Source: an uncultured bacterium
GTDB lineage: Bacteria; Patescibacteriota; Minisyncoccia; Phycocordibacterales; PALSA-1337
NCBI GenBank assembly: GCA_963701025.1
Contig: OY969557.1
Coordinates: 106,405 to 170,404 of the forward strand
Direction of reading: 5' to 3'
DNA: 64,000 bases
Shown: positions 53,747 through 64,000 of the stretch, one piece after another
How the letters are laid out: every line of letters begins with the position of its first letter
How positions within the stretch are numbered: position 1 is the stretch's first letter
The notes under the pieces: generated by a model
What the model was told of the DNA's origin: nothing
What the model saw: the letters and a program-made list of their open reading frames with translations, nothing else
Databases searched by the model: none
Program-made: the position numbers and the translations under genes

Positions 53747-54385
53747 ATGAAAAAACCAGCACAAAACTCTTTGGCCATCTTTGAAACGTATAAAATCCGT
53801 CGCGTCTATGACGAACAGAAAGAAACGTGGTATTTTAGTGTGGTTGACATTATCCAAGCTCTGATTCAACAAGACGATCATACAACTGCCAGAAAATACT
53901 GGAATAAGCTCAAGGAAAGGCTTGTAAAAGAGGGAAATCAGTCGGTGTCAAATTGTCACCAACTGAAATTCATGGCCAGCGATGGCAAGTATTACACGAC
54001 AGACGCCGCCGATGTGGAAACTTTGTTGCGCCTGATCCAGTCCGTTCCGAGCAAAAAGGCCGAACCGATCAAGCTGTGGCTAGCGCGCGTCGGCTATGAA
54101 AGGATGCAGGAGATGAATGATCCGGAAATAGCTTTGAATCGCAGCCGCTCGTATTGGCAAAAGCAGGGCAGGAGCGGAAAGTGGATACAGCAAAGGATGA
54201 TGGGTCAAGAGATCAGGAACAAGCTCACTGATTATTGGGGCGAACATGACGTGAAAAAGGGTGACGAGTTTGCCATCCTCACCAATATCATCCACCAGGA
54301 ATGGAGCGACTTGTCAGTAAGGACGCGAGAATCGCCCTGGAAGAAAAGATCGGCAAGAGCGTTGTCACAGGTCAAAATCTTTTAG
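53747..54385 (+). CDS. BRO-N family protein with apparent internal deletion near the C-terminus
   Basis: IRR.YD..WYFSVVDII, ARKYW.KLK, AEP.KLWLA; another frame carries ARIALEEKIGKSVVT. Confidence 0.8.
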   Translation: MKKPAQNSLAIFETYKIRRVYDEQKETWYFSVVDIIQALIQQDDHTTARKYWNKLKERLVKEGNQSVSNCHQLKFMASDGKYYTTDAADVETLLRLIQSVPSKKAEPIKLWLARVGYERMQEMNDPEIALNRSRSYWQKQGRSGKWIQQRMMGQEIRNKLTDYWGEHDVKKGDEFAILTNIIHQEWSDLSVRTRESPWKKRSARALSQVKIF

Positions 54386-54450
54386 TAAAATCAAAAAATG
54401 CGCAGTAATGATTGAATCGTAAACTAATAAATAACTCCCTTTTTATCTTT

Positions 54451-55077
54451 ATGAAAGTCCTCGTCATCGTCTATGTCAAAGATACCGGCGACATCGTTCC
54501 CGGATGCTTGGAGGCGATCCATGCGCAGGACTACCGCGACTTTACCCTGCTCGTCCACGAAATGAAGGCGATCCCCTTGAACGACTCCCCCCAAAAGAAC
54601 AAATCGGAGAATATCACCCGCAACCGCAATTACGTGCGGCCGATGGCACTGGCGAGCGGCGCCGAGTGGATCATGTGGATCGACAGCGACGTCATCATCC
54701 CCCCGAACGCCATTTCCGATTTCATGAAGTGCGCCGACGAGAAAGGCTCTAAGCTCATGGGCGGATGGTACAAAAAGATAAACAGCCCCGACTGGGTCGC
54801 CTGCCGATGGATCAAGCCGGGCGTCGTGCGCTATTTCAAAGAGCCGGTCAAGGGCGTGATCGAAGCCGATCTCGTCGGCATCGGATGCTCGATGATGCAT
54901 CGGAGCGTACTCCAAAAGCTCGAATTCAGGACGGCGGTGGAGGAATACAACAAGGACGAAGCCGGTAACACCTATTATACCGGCAATTGTTTTTCGTTCT
55001 GCGAGGATGCAAAAGCTCTCGGCGTGCGGCCGTATCTCGTTGGTTCTATTGTCTGTGAGCATGTTGTTCCGAGATAG
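54451..55077 (+). CDS. GT-A/GT2-like glycosyltransferase
   Basis: RN, WIDSDV DxD motif, GIGC.M.HR.V, C-terminal C.H. Confidence 0.8.
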   Translation: MKVLVIVYVKDTGDIVPGCLEAIHAQDYRDFTLLVHEMKAIPLNDSPQKNKSENITRNRNYVRPMALASGAEWIMWIDSDVIIPPNAISDFMKCADEKGSKLMGGWYKKINSPDWVACRWIKPGVVRYFKEPVKGVIEADLVGIGCSMMHRSVLQKLEFRTAVEEYNKDEAGNTYYTGNCFSFCEDAKALGVRPYLVGSIVCEHVVPR

Positions 55078-55324
55078 GCCTATATTTAGGCGCATCTCGG
55101 ATGTTCTCGTCTCCAGACTGGAGGCTTTTTTTGTTTCATCAAACACATATTTATCAATGTTTTATAATATACTTTATTTTCTACGCTAAGATTACTTTGC
55201 CTCGGCCGTCTCATCAGGTATGTACACCGAACTTGCGTTGGCGGTAATCCACAGAGGAATGCGGAGCTTTCCTGATACAATTAATGCCGACAATTATCCA
55301 AAAGGAAATAATCCACACATTATC

Positions 55325-58300
55325 ATGCAACAACAGCAAGGCGGGTTCTCGAGCAGCGTTCTTCTGGCGCTCCTCCTTCTCGTGGCCGCGGCGGGAGCAG
55401 TCGTCCTGACTCTCTCTGGCCAGAATAACGGTTCGCTCTTCTCCTCGGTGCCTCCCTCGACGCAAGTGGCTCAAGTGGCCGCTCCGACATCTGGCCTTGT
55501 GGCTCATTGGACGTTTGATGACGGGTCCGGTACGACAGCCTCCGACTCTTCCGGCAGTGGAAACTCTCTGGCCCTTACCAATGCGTCATGGACGACGGGC
55601 AAGATCGGGGGGGGCGCCTCGTTCAACGGCACGAGTGCCTACGGCAAGCTCAATAGTTTGAACTTGACCGGCCAGGCCGCCTCGATATCTTTCTGGATGA
55701 ATGAGAGCTCATACTCGACGCATCAGACGATATTCGAAGATTCGACCAACCTCAACAATTCTTCGACCGGTTTTGGTTTTTACCAGAGCGACACGTCGAC
55801 GTGTGGAGCTAACATGCTCCAGATCGCCCTCCAGGGCAATGTCGACTATAACATCAAATGCTTCACTCCTCCCTCCGCAGGCTGGCATCACTACGTCGCC
55901 ATTTACGACAAGAGCCAAGCGGCGGCGGGCGAGATCAGTCTCTACATAGATGGCGTTCTCCAGACATCGACCAGTCAGCCGTACGCCGGAGCCAACACGA
56001 ATTCTTTTGGCGCAAATCCGTTCTATCTCATGTCGCGCGACGGTTCCTCGGAGTTTGGAGCGGGAACTCTGGACGATTTCCACATCTATAGCCGTGCGCT
56101 TTCGGCTTCGGATGTCCAGTCTCTCTATACGTACACCAGCAGTAATCCACCCGTGACGTACAGTCTTAGCGTGACAAAATCGGGGACCGGTAGCGGCACG
56201 ATTTCCGGAGGTTCGATCTCTTGCGGTTCCACATGCAGTCAGAGCGGCATAGCCGCCAACACTGTTGTCTCTCTGACCGAATCGCCCGCTTCGGGTTCGA
56301 CGTTTGCAGGCTGGGGCGGCTCATGCTCCGGCACGGCTACCTCCTGCTCGGTGACGGTGACTGCCAATACTTCGGTATCCGCGACCTTCACCACTCAAAC
56401 GACTACAACCAATCCTCCGGTCATCTCTGGTATTTCGGCTTCGTCGATCACTTCATCAGGAGCCACGATCAATTGGACGACCGACGAGCAATCAAGTTCA
56501 CAAGTCAATTACGGTTTGACCACGGCCTATGGCAGTAATACCGCCCTTAACAGCACCCTATCTACTTCACACAGCACTTCACTTTCAAGTCTCCAAGCCA
56601 ACACGGTCTATCACTACCAAGTCGTCTCAACGAATTCTTCAAGCCAGTCGTCGCAATCCGCCGATCAAACATTCACCACTTCTGCCTCAACGATTTCCAC
56701 CTACACCATCACCGCTTCAGCGGGAGCGAATGGTTCCATCTCTCCTTCAGGTTCCGTCTCGGTCAATTCCGGTTCTGCTCAATCTTTCACCATCGTTCCT
56801 TCGAGCGGCTATCAAGTATCAAGCGTGACCGTCGATGGTTCCAGCGTCGGAGCAGTCACAAGTTATTCATTCTCCAACGTCACAACGAATCACACGATCA
56901 GTACGACGTTCAGCGCCAACACGGCCGCCGACACGACGTCTCCAACCGTACCGGCCGGTCTTACCGCCACGACTGTCTCATCGAGCCAGATAGGTCTCTC
57001 GTGGAGCGCTTCGACTGATCCGACTGTCTCCGGTCAAACCACTAGCGGCCTCGCTGGCTACAAGATATACAGAGGAGGAACGCAGATCGCCACGGTCGTC
57101 GGCACTACGTATCAGGATACTGGTTTGGCACAGTCCACGGCGTATACATACACCGTGGCCGCATATGACAATGCCGGCAACACGTCGGCCCAATCATCGT
57201 CTGCTTCGGCTACCACCCAAACAGGCACTGTCGGCACGGGCGGTTGCGACGGAGCGGGAAATTGTTATGTCAATATGGGCTCAACCGGCAACGGCAGTAG
57301 CTGGAGCAACGCCTATGGCTCTCTACCGTCCAGTCTTGTCCGCGGCGTCACATATTGGGTTGCAGGCGCTTCAACAGACTATCCGGCTCATACGTTCGCT
57401 GATGCGCAATCAGGCACCAGCCTGATCACCGTACGCAAAGCGAGCGCCGCGAATCACGGCACGAATACCGGATGGCAGACAGCCTACGGAACAGGGCAAG
57501 CCATATTCGCCGCCCCAATGATATTCAATACGGGTTATTACACCATCGACGGCCAGTATCGCGCGAGTATGACGAGCGGCTGGGGCATCCAAGTCGACGG
57601 ATACAATCACAAGCAAGACGCCTATAATACGTTCAGTCCAGACACCGTCACTGTCGGATGGAGCGCCGCGGCCAACAATGTCACCCTGTCCTATGTAGAA
57701 GTCAACGGCTCCCATGATAGGACGGGCGCCGCTAACCAGAGCGTCCCGCCGCTTTGGACAGATAACGGGGTCAGCATATATAACTCTTCGTCCAATACCA
57801 CCATACAATATTCCGGCATACACGATACCGGTCTATGCAGCCTCTACATCAACGCGGCCAACGCTCCCGGCACTGTTAATACCATTCTCCAATACAGCTG
57901 GCTCAATCGCACCCAGTATTCCATCAATTATGCCCACTCCGAAGGCATAGCCGGACAATCTGGCACGAACGGTCTCACGGTGCGCTACAACGTCTTCCAG
58001 GATATCGAGGGAACTGCCAACATTGCCACGCCTTCAGGCGGTCACAACACCTCGACCAACTGGTATATCTACGGCAATGTTTTCTACTTCACCCCCGGCA
58101 ACGCCAGCTTGCCCGTGAGCACCAGAGAGCAAGGCGACGGTGACGGCGTTCTCGGCATATTCGATTTCACATCGACGGGTGACTTTGCCTTCTATAACAA
58201 CGACATCGTCAATTTCCAGCCATCCGCGGCGGGTTCCGGCGGCACGCTTGACAACCTCGTCGGCATCGATCCGGGCTATCCGGTCACCATGGCCAAGTTC

Positions 58301-61300
58301 TATGTCAAGAACAATATCTGGTACGACAGCCCCGGAGAATCCGGCGGCGTCTGGCCGACTCCATCCAGCGGTTCGCAGATATCAGTATCTGATTTCGAAT
58401 GGGATCATAACTATTACAGCACCTCGGGAACGGTGGGTGACACTGATGCGAATCGCCAGAGCACGAGCGTCAATCCATTCGTCAATTGGCAAGGCGGAGA
58501 CTTCCACCTCACCGGGCCCACAACGGCCGGAGCCACCCTCGCGGCTGTGTCAGGTCAGAGCTTCAACACCGATCCTGATGGCAACACTCGCGCTACCCGG
58601 TCGCGTGGCGCCTATGAATACACCGGTGGTACCACGACCCCTCCTCCCACCACCTATTCTGTCACTCTCTCTAATGGAGCCAATGGCACCATAGCTCCAG
58701 CTTCCGGAAGCGTCGCAAATGGCATCACATCAGGTTCAAGCGAAACCTACACCATTACCCCAGCTTCTGGCTACCAAGTTTCTACTTTCACCGTAGATGG
58801 TTCGGCTGTCTCTGTTCCGACTGCAGGAGGGAATTACACGCTCTCAAACATCACAGCCAATCACACTCTGGCGGCAACGTTCAGCGCCACCGCTCCGACC
58901 ACCTACACCGTCTCCGCTTCTGTCACCGGCTCGGGCACCATCACCAGTTCTCCCTCGGGCATCAACTGCGGCTCCACTTGCTCTGCTTCCTTTAACACAG
59001 GAACGAGCGTTACTCTGACAGCTACTCCATCATCAGGCTCAACATTCACAGGCTGGTCTGGAGCTTGCACCGCAACATCGGGCACATGCACAGTTACGGC
59101 GGCTAGTACGGCAAGCGCGACGTTCACGTCCAATTCGACGGCTTTCTCGGTGGGACAGCAGGTTCAAGTCAGTAATACGTGCGCCAGCACCTGCGTCGGC
59201 CTCTCTGTCAGAAGCGCTCCTTCAGCTACTGCCGCCACGGTCACCGGTTCTCCAGTCGCTAACGGCACGATCGGTACCATCACAGCCGCTTCTTCTGGCA
59301 CGACCAACGGCACTTCGAACGGAGGCTACTACTGGTGGTATGTCACCTACTCCAATGGTGTCATAGGTTGGTCAGGCACAAGCGCCAGCACCAATTATCT
59401 TGTCGCGTATACGGCTCCTGTCCCGACTGCTTCATTGTCCGCCAATCCGACCTCGATCACTTCAGGGCAATCTTCCACATTGACTTGGTCTTCGACTAAT
59501 GCGACTTCATGCATTGGAACAGGAGGAACCTTTGCTGGCTCAAAAGCAACATCGGGCACCCAATCAATCAGTCCGACATCTAACACCGCATACTCCATCA
59601 CTTGTACCGGAGCAGGAGGAACATCGTCAGCCTCGAATGCCACGGTCACCGTTACTGCGGCACCTACCTACACCGTCACTCTCTCACCCGGCTCGAACGG
59701 CACCATCGCGCCAGCATCAGGAAGCGTTGCAACGAACATATCTTCAGGCTCGAGCGAGACATTTACCATTACTCCCAATTCTGGCTACCAAGTTTCTACT
59801 TTCACCGTAGATGGTTCGGCTGTCTCTGTTCCGACTGCAGGAGGGAATTACACGCTCTCAAACATCACAGCCAATCACACTCTGGCGGCAACGTTCAGCG
59901 CGGTTGCTCAAACCCCCACCGCCTCTCTCTCCGCCAATCCCACCTCTATCACTTCAGGGCAATCATCGACTCTCTCATGGTCATCGACTAATGCCACCGC
60001 TTGTACGGCAACAGGAGGGACATTCGCCGGAACGAAAGCGACATCCGGCACACAGTCTGTCTCGCCGACTGTCACTACCGCATACTCCATCACCTGTACA
60101 GGCGCAGGAGGCACGTCTCCTGTTGGAAGCGCCACAGTCACGGTCAGTGCTCCTACAGTCACGGCACCTTCCGCCCCGTCTGGTCTGACAGCTACAGCTG
60201 CCTCTCCTTCAACAATCAATCTTTCTTGGACTGCTTCGACGGCCGGCACAAATGTCGTCTCCGGATACAATATATATGTGGACGGTGCCACGACCAAGAC
60301 CGCGAGCGTCACAGGCACGTCGTATTCGAGCACCGGCCTTGCCGTCAATTCCACCCATTCCTACGCGGTCAAGGCCTACGACACAGCAGGGAATGAAAGC
60401 GCTGCTTCCATGATATCCGCAACAACATGGCCTGCGCTATCGACCACCTTCTCCCTCAATCAACAAGTGCAGACGAGCGCCACGGACAATGTCCGACAGA
60501 CCGCAGGAGGCGCCCAGCTCGGCCAGCAGATTTCCGGAGTCATCGGCACGATTGCTGGAGGCCCGGTCTATGCCGCGTATAGTGGCACTAACTACTGGTG
60601 GTGGAACGTCACATTCAGCGCCTCACCTTCAGGTTGGGTCACTGAAGATGGTCTCTCTCCGTACTCCGCTCCTTCCGCTGACACCACGCCCCCATCAGTA
60701 CCCACAAGCCTCGCCGCTTCATCCATATCTACGAGCCAGATAAATCTCTCATGGAATGCTTCGACTGATCCGACAGTCTCCGGCCAGACGACGTCCGGTC
60801 TCGCCGGCTACAAGATATATCGTTGTCTGAATGCCGGCTGTACTACGGGCTTTTCCCAAGTCGGCACATCGGCCGCTAGTCCCTATAGTGATACCGGGCT
60901 CAATTCGGGCACCACTTACTCTTACACAGTCGCCGCATATGACAATGCGGGGAACACGTCAGCTCAATCGTCGTCCGCTTCTGCCACCACGGCTACGACT
61001 ATCACAGTCGCTTGTCCCAACGTTCCGACGGGCACCGCAGTCAATTCCGCAGGCTGTCCTATGCCCATCGCTTCAAACTTCACCATGACGGTCGGCGGCA
61101 GTCCGCTCTCCGTCTCCTCGAACCTGCTCTCTGCCCCGTCATTCTCCATCGGCAACGCATACGGCACCATCGCCTACCAAGTAGCTAATGGTCCCTACAC
61201 CATCCTCCACGGCTCGGCTTCTGCGTACACGGCCACTGACGTGAACGACAACGTCGCCATCGGCCAGGGAACAGTCACCGTCAATTCATCGGCTGTACCG

Positions 61301-62497
61301 GAATTGAACAAGCCTGCCACCATCACCTTCTACAATATTGTCCTGGCCAATCCGTCTATCCTCCAAGGCTCCCAGATCTGCTCTTCCTGTGTCATCACGG
61401 TTCTGCCTACAGCCACTAACGGCTATGCCCTCTCCTTCACCGTGCCTCACTTCACCACCTTCAGCGTCGTTGGTACGACCATGACTCCTCCCAATCCCAC
61501 CCTCTCCGCCACGACCACGGGCTCAGGATCAGGCACCATCTCTTCATCTGATGGCTCGATCAATTGCGGTTCAACTTGTTCCGTCTCGACAACCACGGGC
61601 GCCGTCTTCGCCCTCTCTGCCACGCCGGCTTCCGGCTCGTCATTCAATGGCTGGTCCGGAGCCTGTACTGGTACGAATGCCTCATGTTCCGTGACCGTAT
61701 CGGCTGATTCGTCGGTAACTGCTGACTTCACTTTGAATCCGCCAGTCACCCCACCTCCTCCTCCAAGCGGCGGTGGCGGGGGAGGTGGTGGAGGTGGAGG
61801 TGGCGGTGGAAGTGGTGGTGGAGGTGGAGGTGGCGGTGGAAGTGGTGGTGGAAGCTCTTCCTTCTACACTCTCGCTGTCAGTAGACAAGGCATCGGCCAG
61901 GGTATAGCCACTTCATCTCCAATCGGCATATCCTGCGGCTATGTCTGCTCGGCTTCATTTACCGCTGGCTCTTCTATAATCATCCACGCCCTACCTCAAA
62001 CCGGTTCACACCTCGTCTCTTGGACCGGTTGCACATCCATCGCTACGAGCTCATGCACAGTCAACCTTACAGGAACGAAAACCATAACGGTCAACTTTGC
62101 TCTCGGCGCGGCCACGACTACGGTCGTCAACACGCCTCCCGCGACGACCACACCGCCCACGAACTGTCCCACAGGACTCGTCTGCACTCCAGTTTCGATA
62201 CCAACCGCCGCATACGCTCCATTCATCAGAACTCTCAAGATCGGCTCATCGGGTAATGATGTGCGCGAGCTCCAAGTCTTCTTGAACAATCACGGATTCA
62301 TTGTGGCCGAACGAGGAAACGGTTCGCCAGGCCACGAATCAACCTATTACGGCAAAGCCACGGCCAACGCAGTTTCCCGATTCCAGGTGGCTCATGCCGC
62401 GCAGATATTGACTCCATACGGCTTGACGGAAGGAACGGGGAACTTCGGCACGGCGACGATGGCAGTGGTCAATGCCATGATCTCCTCGGGACAGTAA
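55325..62497 (+). CDS. Giant multidomain surface protein (LamG, InlB-B-like repeats, FN3, beta-helix, SH3-like, C-terminal PG-binding)
   Basis: [13 protein letters not shown]...LDDF.IY.RALS; F.GW.GAC repeats; YTVAAYD.AGN.S; L.IGS.G.DV..LQ.FLN. Confidence 0.85.
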   Translation: MQQQQGGFSSSVLLALLLLVAAAGAVVLTLSGQNNGSLFSSVPPSTQVAQVAAPTSGLVAHWTFDDGSGTTASDSSGSGNSLALTNASWTTGKIGGGASFNGTSAYGKLNSLNLTGQAASISFWMNESSYSTHQTIFEDSTNLNNSSTGFGFYQSDTSTCGANMLQIALQGNVDYNIKCFTPPSAGWHHYVAIYDKSQAAAGEISLYIDGVLQTSTSQPYAGANTNSFGANPFYLMSRDGSSEFGAGTLDDFHIYSRALSASDVQSLYTYTSSNPPVTYSLSVTKSGTGSGTISGGSISCGSTCSQSGIAANTVVSLTESPASGSTFAGWGGSCSGTATSCSVTVTANTSVSATFTTQTTTTNPPVISGISASSITSSGATINWTTDEQSSSQVNYGLTTAYGSNTALNSTLSTSHSTSLSSLQANTVYHYQVVSTNSSSQSSQSADQTFTTSASTISTYTITASAGANGSISPSGSVSVNSGSAQSFTIVPSSGYQVSSVTVDGSSVGAVTSYSFSNVTTNHTISTTFSANTAADTTSPTVPAGLTATTVSSSQIGLSWSASTDPTVSGQTTSGLAGYKIYRGGTQIATVVGTTYQDTGLAQSTAYTYTVAAYDNAGNTSAQSSSASATTQTGTVGTGGCDGAGNCYVNMGSTGNGSSWSNAYGSLPSSLVRGVTYWVAGASTDYPAHTFADAQSGTSLITVRKASAANHGTNTGWQTAYGTGQAIFAAPMIFNTGYYTIDGQYRASMTSGWGIQVDGYNHKQDAYNTFSPDTVTVGWSAAANNVTLSYVEVNGSHDRTGAANQSVPPLWTDNGVSIYNSSSNTTIQYSGIHDTGLCSLYINAANAPGTVNTILQYSWLNRTQYSINYAHSEGIAGQSGTNGLTVRYNVFQDIEGTANIATPSGGHNTSTNWYIYGNVFYFTPGNASLPVSTREQGDGDGVLGIFDFTSTGDFAFYNNDIVNFQPSAAGSGGTLDNLVGIDPGYPVTMAKFYVKNNIWYDSPGESGGVWPTPSSGSQISVSDFEWDHNYYSTSGTVGDTDANRQSTSVNPFVNWQGGDFHLTGPTTAGATLAAVSGQSFNTDPDGNTRATRSRGAYEYTGGTTTPPPTTYSVTLSNGANGTIAPASGSVANGITSGSSETYTITPASGYQVSTFTVDGSAVSVPTAGGNYTLSNITANHTLAATFSATAPTTYTVSASVTGSGTITSSPSGINCGSTCSASFNTGTSVTLTATPSSGSTFTGWSGACTATSGTCTVTAASTASATFTSNSTAFSVGQQVQVSNTCASTCVGLSVRSAPSATAATVTGSPVANGTIGTITAASSGTTNGTSNGGYYWWYVTYSNGVIGWSGTSASTNYLVAYTAPVPTASLSANPTSITSGQSSTLTWSSTNATSCIGTGGTFAGSKATSGTQSISPTSNTAYSITCTGAGGTSSASNATVTVTAAPTYTVTLSPGSNGTIAPASGSVATNISSGSSETFTITPNSGYQVSTFTVDGSAVSVPTAGGNYTLSNITANHTLAATFSAVAQTPTASLSANPTSITSGQSSTLSWSSTNATACTATGGTFAGTKATSGTQSVSPTVTTAYSITCTGAGGTSPVGSATVTVSAPTVTAPSAPSGLTATAASPSTINLSWTASTAGTNVVSGYNIYVDGATTKTASVTGTSYSSTGLAVNSTHSYAVKAYDTAGNESAASMISATTWPALSTTFSLNQQVQTSATDNVRQTAGGAQLGQQISGVIGTIAGGPVYAAYSGTNYWWWNVTFSASPSGWVTEDGLSPYSAPSADTTPPSVPTSLAASSISTSQINLSWNASTDPTVSGQTTSGLAGYKIYRCLNAGCTTGFSQVGTSAASPYSDTGLNSGTTYSYTVAAYDNAGNTSAQSSSASATTATTITVACPNVPTGTAVNSAGCPMPIASNFTMTVGGSPLSVSSNLLSAPSFSIGNAYGTIAYQVANGPYTILHGSASAYTATDVNDNVAIGQGTVTVNSSAVPELNKPATITFYNIVLANPSILQGSQICSSCVITVLPTATNGYALSFTVPHFTTFSVVGTTMTPPNPTLSATTTGSGSGTISSSDGSINCGSTCSVSTTTGAVFALSATPASGSSFNGWSGACTGTNASCSVTVSADSSVTADFTLNPPVTPPPPPSGGGGGGGGGGGGGGSGGGGGGGGGSGGGSSSFYTLAVSRQGIGQGIATSSPIGISCGYVCSASFTAGSSIIIHALPQTGSHLVSWTGCTSIATSSCTVNLTGTKTITVNFALGAATTTVVNTPPATTTPPTNCPTGLVCTPVSIPTAAYAPFIRTLKIGSSGNDVRELQVFLNNHGFIVAERGNGSPGHESTYYGKATANAVSRFQVAHAAQILTPYGLTEGTGNFGTATMAVVNAMISSGQ
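58767..59901 (+). repeat. Near-identical ~120-bp internal duplication in the giant surface gene (~58767-58887 and ~59781-59901)
   Basis: CTGGCTACCAAGTTTCTACTTTCACC...GCAACGTTCAGCGC repeated, including synonymous positions. Confidence 0.85.
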
Positions 62498-62516
62498 AAT
62501 AGGGTATACTTTGTTC

Positions 62517-63602
62517 ATGCCTGTCCTCTATCGTACCTACCGCCCGCAAAAATGGTCTGAAGTCGCCGGTCAGGATCATATAGTCAAAGCCCTGAAAGAT
62601 TCCGTAGCCACGGGACGCGTCGCTCACGCCTATCTCTTTTCCGGCTCCAGGGGCACGGGCAAGACGACTGTCGCCCGCATCCTGGCCCGCGAACTTAAGA
62701 CCGCCGACGAGGACGTGAATGAGATAGACGCGGCCTCCAATCGCGGCATAGACGACATCCGCGAGCTCCGCGAGCACGTGGCGGTTTTGCCGTTCTCCTC
62801 GCCATACAAGGTATACATCATCGACGAGGTTCATATGCTCTCAAAGGACGCCTGGAACGCTCTCTTGAAGACCTTGGAAGAGCCGCCGGCCCATGTCATA
62901 TTCATCCTGGCTACCACCGAGCTGGACAAAGTACCGGAGACCATTGTCTCTCGTTGCCAGACGTTCGTCTTCCGCAAGCCGTCGCGCGATATCATCGCCA
63001 AGCAGACTGTCAAGGTGGCCAAGGAAGAAGGCTACGCTCTCGACGCCGGTGCGGCCGACCTCATCGCTCTCCTCGGCGATAGTTCGTTCCGCGATGCTCT
63101 CGGCATGCTGGAGAAAGTCATCTCCGCCGTTCCTGCCGGGAAACCGTCTGATCTGTCTGCCGGACAGATGGGCAAGAAGATAACGCGCGATATAGTCGAG
63201 GCTGTCACCGGCGCTCCACGGGCAAGCCTGGTCAATCGCTTCATCGAAGATCTCATGGCCAAGAATGCCGATGCCGCTCTGGCCGTCCTAGGCGAAGCCG
63301 AAAAAGCCGGCGTTTCCATGAATATATTCGTGACGCTCGTCCTCGAGAAAGCGCGCTTCATTCTGCTCGTCAGCCGCTCCGTCTCGTCGAAGCCCATGGT
63401 CAAGGAGCGCGTCTCTCCCGATGATTGGGAATTCATCGAAGCTCAAGCTGGTCCGTCCGGCGAACCAGCAGGGAAGAATGCTCCCGATGGTGCGCTCACG
63501 CCCGCCATGCTCGCCGCTCTCCTCGAAGCCGCCGACGGGGTTAGCCGCGCGCGGATCGAGGCTCTGCCCCTCGAGCTTGCCGTGGTCAGGATTTGTCAGT
63601 AG
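62517..63602 (+). CDS. dnaX: DNA polymerase III subunit gamma/tau
   Basis: LYR.YRP, HAYLFSG.RG.GKTT, EIDAASN, IIDEVHML, SRCQ. Confidence 0.95.
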   Translation: MPVLYRTYRPQKWSEVAGQDHIVKALKDSVATGRVAHAYLFSGSRGTGKTTVARILARELKTADEDVNEIDAASNRGIDDIRELREHVAVLPFSSPYKVYIIDEVHMLSKDAWNALLKTLEEPPAHVIFILATTELDKVPETIVSRCQTFVFRKPSRDIIAKQTVKVAKEEGYALDAGAADLIALLGDSSFRDALGMLEKVISAVPAGKPSDLSAGQMGKKITRDIVEAVTGAPRASLVNRFIEDLMAKNADAALAVLGEAEKAGVSMNIFVTLVLEKARFILLVSRSVSSKPMVKERVSPDDWEFIEAQAGPSGEPAGKNAPDGALTPAMLAALLEAADGVSRARIEALPLELAVVRICQ

Positions 63603-63621
63603 TATGACTTTGTTTCGCCCT

Positions 63622-63692
63622 TGGGGGGTCGTCTAACGGTAGGACAGCAGGCTTTGAACCTGTTTATGAAGGTCCGACTCCTTCCCCCCCAG
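63622..63692 (+). tRNA. tRNA-Gln(TTG)
   Basis: TGGGGGG/CCCCCCA acceptor, GCAGG-CT-TTG-AA-CCTGT, T arm GAAGG-TCCGACT-CCTTC. Confidence 0.9.
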
Positions 63693-63940
63693 CATGTAAG
63701 GACGCATGAAGATAGTTTGCATTTTCTGTCTTTGCGTCACAACGATATTTTTAGGTTCGATTGTTCTCACAAAAGCAGGTGCGGCGGGTCTTTTTCGCCG
63801 ATGGAGGCGGGACAAAACACGCCCTGGCTGAAATCATTGCCGAGCGGTTTCCGGAAGAACTCGGTTTAGGCTTGCCTTTGGATGCGACTCAATTTCTGAG
63901 CCGCACAGTTCATCACAACCAAATAACCCAGAGGAGTATT

Positions 63941-64000
63941 ATGCCAAAATCATCGTTCGTTGACTTCAAGGCCGTCAAAGCGGCCATCACCATGGAACAG
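63941..64000 (+). CDS. 5' end of a possible CHC2 zinc-finger/primase-like protein (partial)
   Basis: GAGGAG RBS, then MPKSSFVDFKAVKAAITMEQ, resembling the helix before CHC2 zinc fingers. Confidence 0.45.
   Translation, partial: MPKSSFVDFKAVKAAITMEQ

Noticed and set aside
58680-60130. Diversity-generating retroelement TR/VR pair
   Set aside because: Repeats are in-frame domain duplications without adenine-specific differences; no reverse transcriptase in the window.
63633-63815. 60-aa minus-strand ORF through tRNA-Gln
   Set aside because: Its end is simply the antisense reading of the tRNA; no independent coding evidence.

Overview
Bacterial chromosome segment whose gene set and style point to a Patescibacteria/CPR (Parcubacteria-like) genome (inference): short SMC, NusB-NUDIX, tRNAs mostly without encoded CCA, giant Ser/Thr/Gly-rich surface proteins and many apparently leaderless genes. 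Housekeeping genes include rpmF, nusB, rnc, smc, clpB/C, alr, rpmG, rarA, miaA, parB, topA, dprA, serS, dus, gatB and dnaX, plus six tRNAs. Several essential genes carry 1-bp frameshifts, most likely long-read consensus errors. Main highlights: (1) a ~6.1-kb large-serine-recombinase element in the 3' end of tRNA-Lys (4114-10194) that carries a near-perfect 358-bp INVERTED copy of its own attP internally, plus two covarying ~160-nt foldbacks and an iteron-like array; (2) a promoter- and terminator-bounded ~420-nt highly structured ORF-free RNA (36016-36437, minus strand) with motifs I recall from ROOL RNAs; (3) a giant HTH-TM-fibre protein with both a Hint/mini-intein and an S74 chaperone; (4) two inverted copies of a three-operator cassette, one upstream of a PadR gene; (5) a split Fic toxin-antitoxin pair between duplicated phosphatase genes. 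All assignments come from reading motifs; no searches were run.
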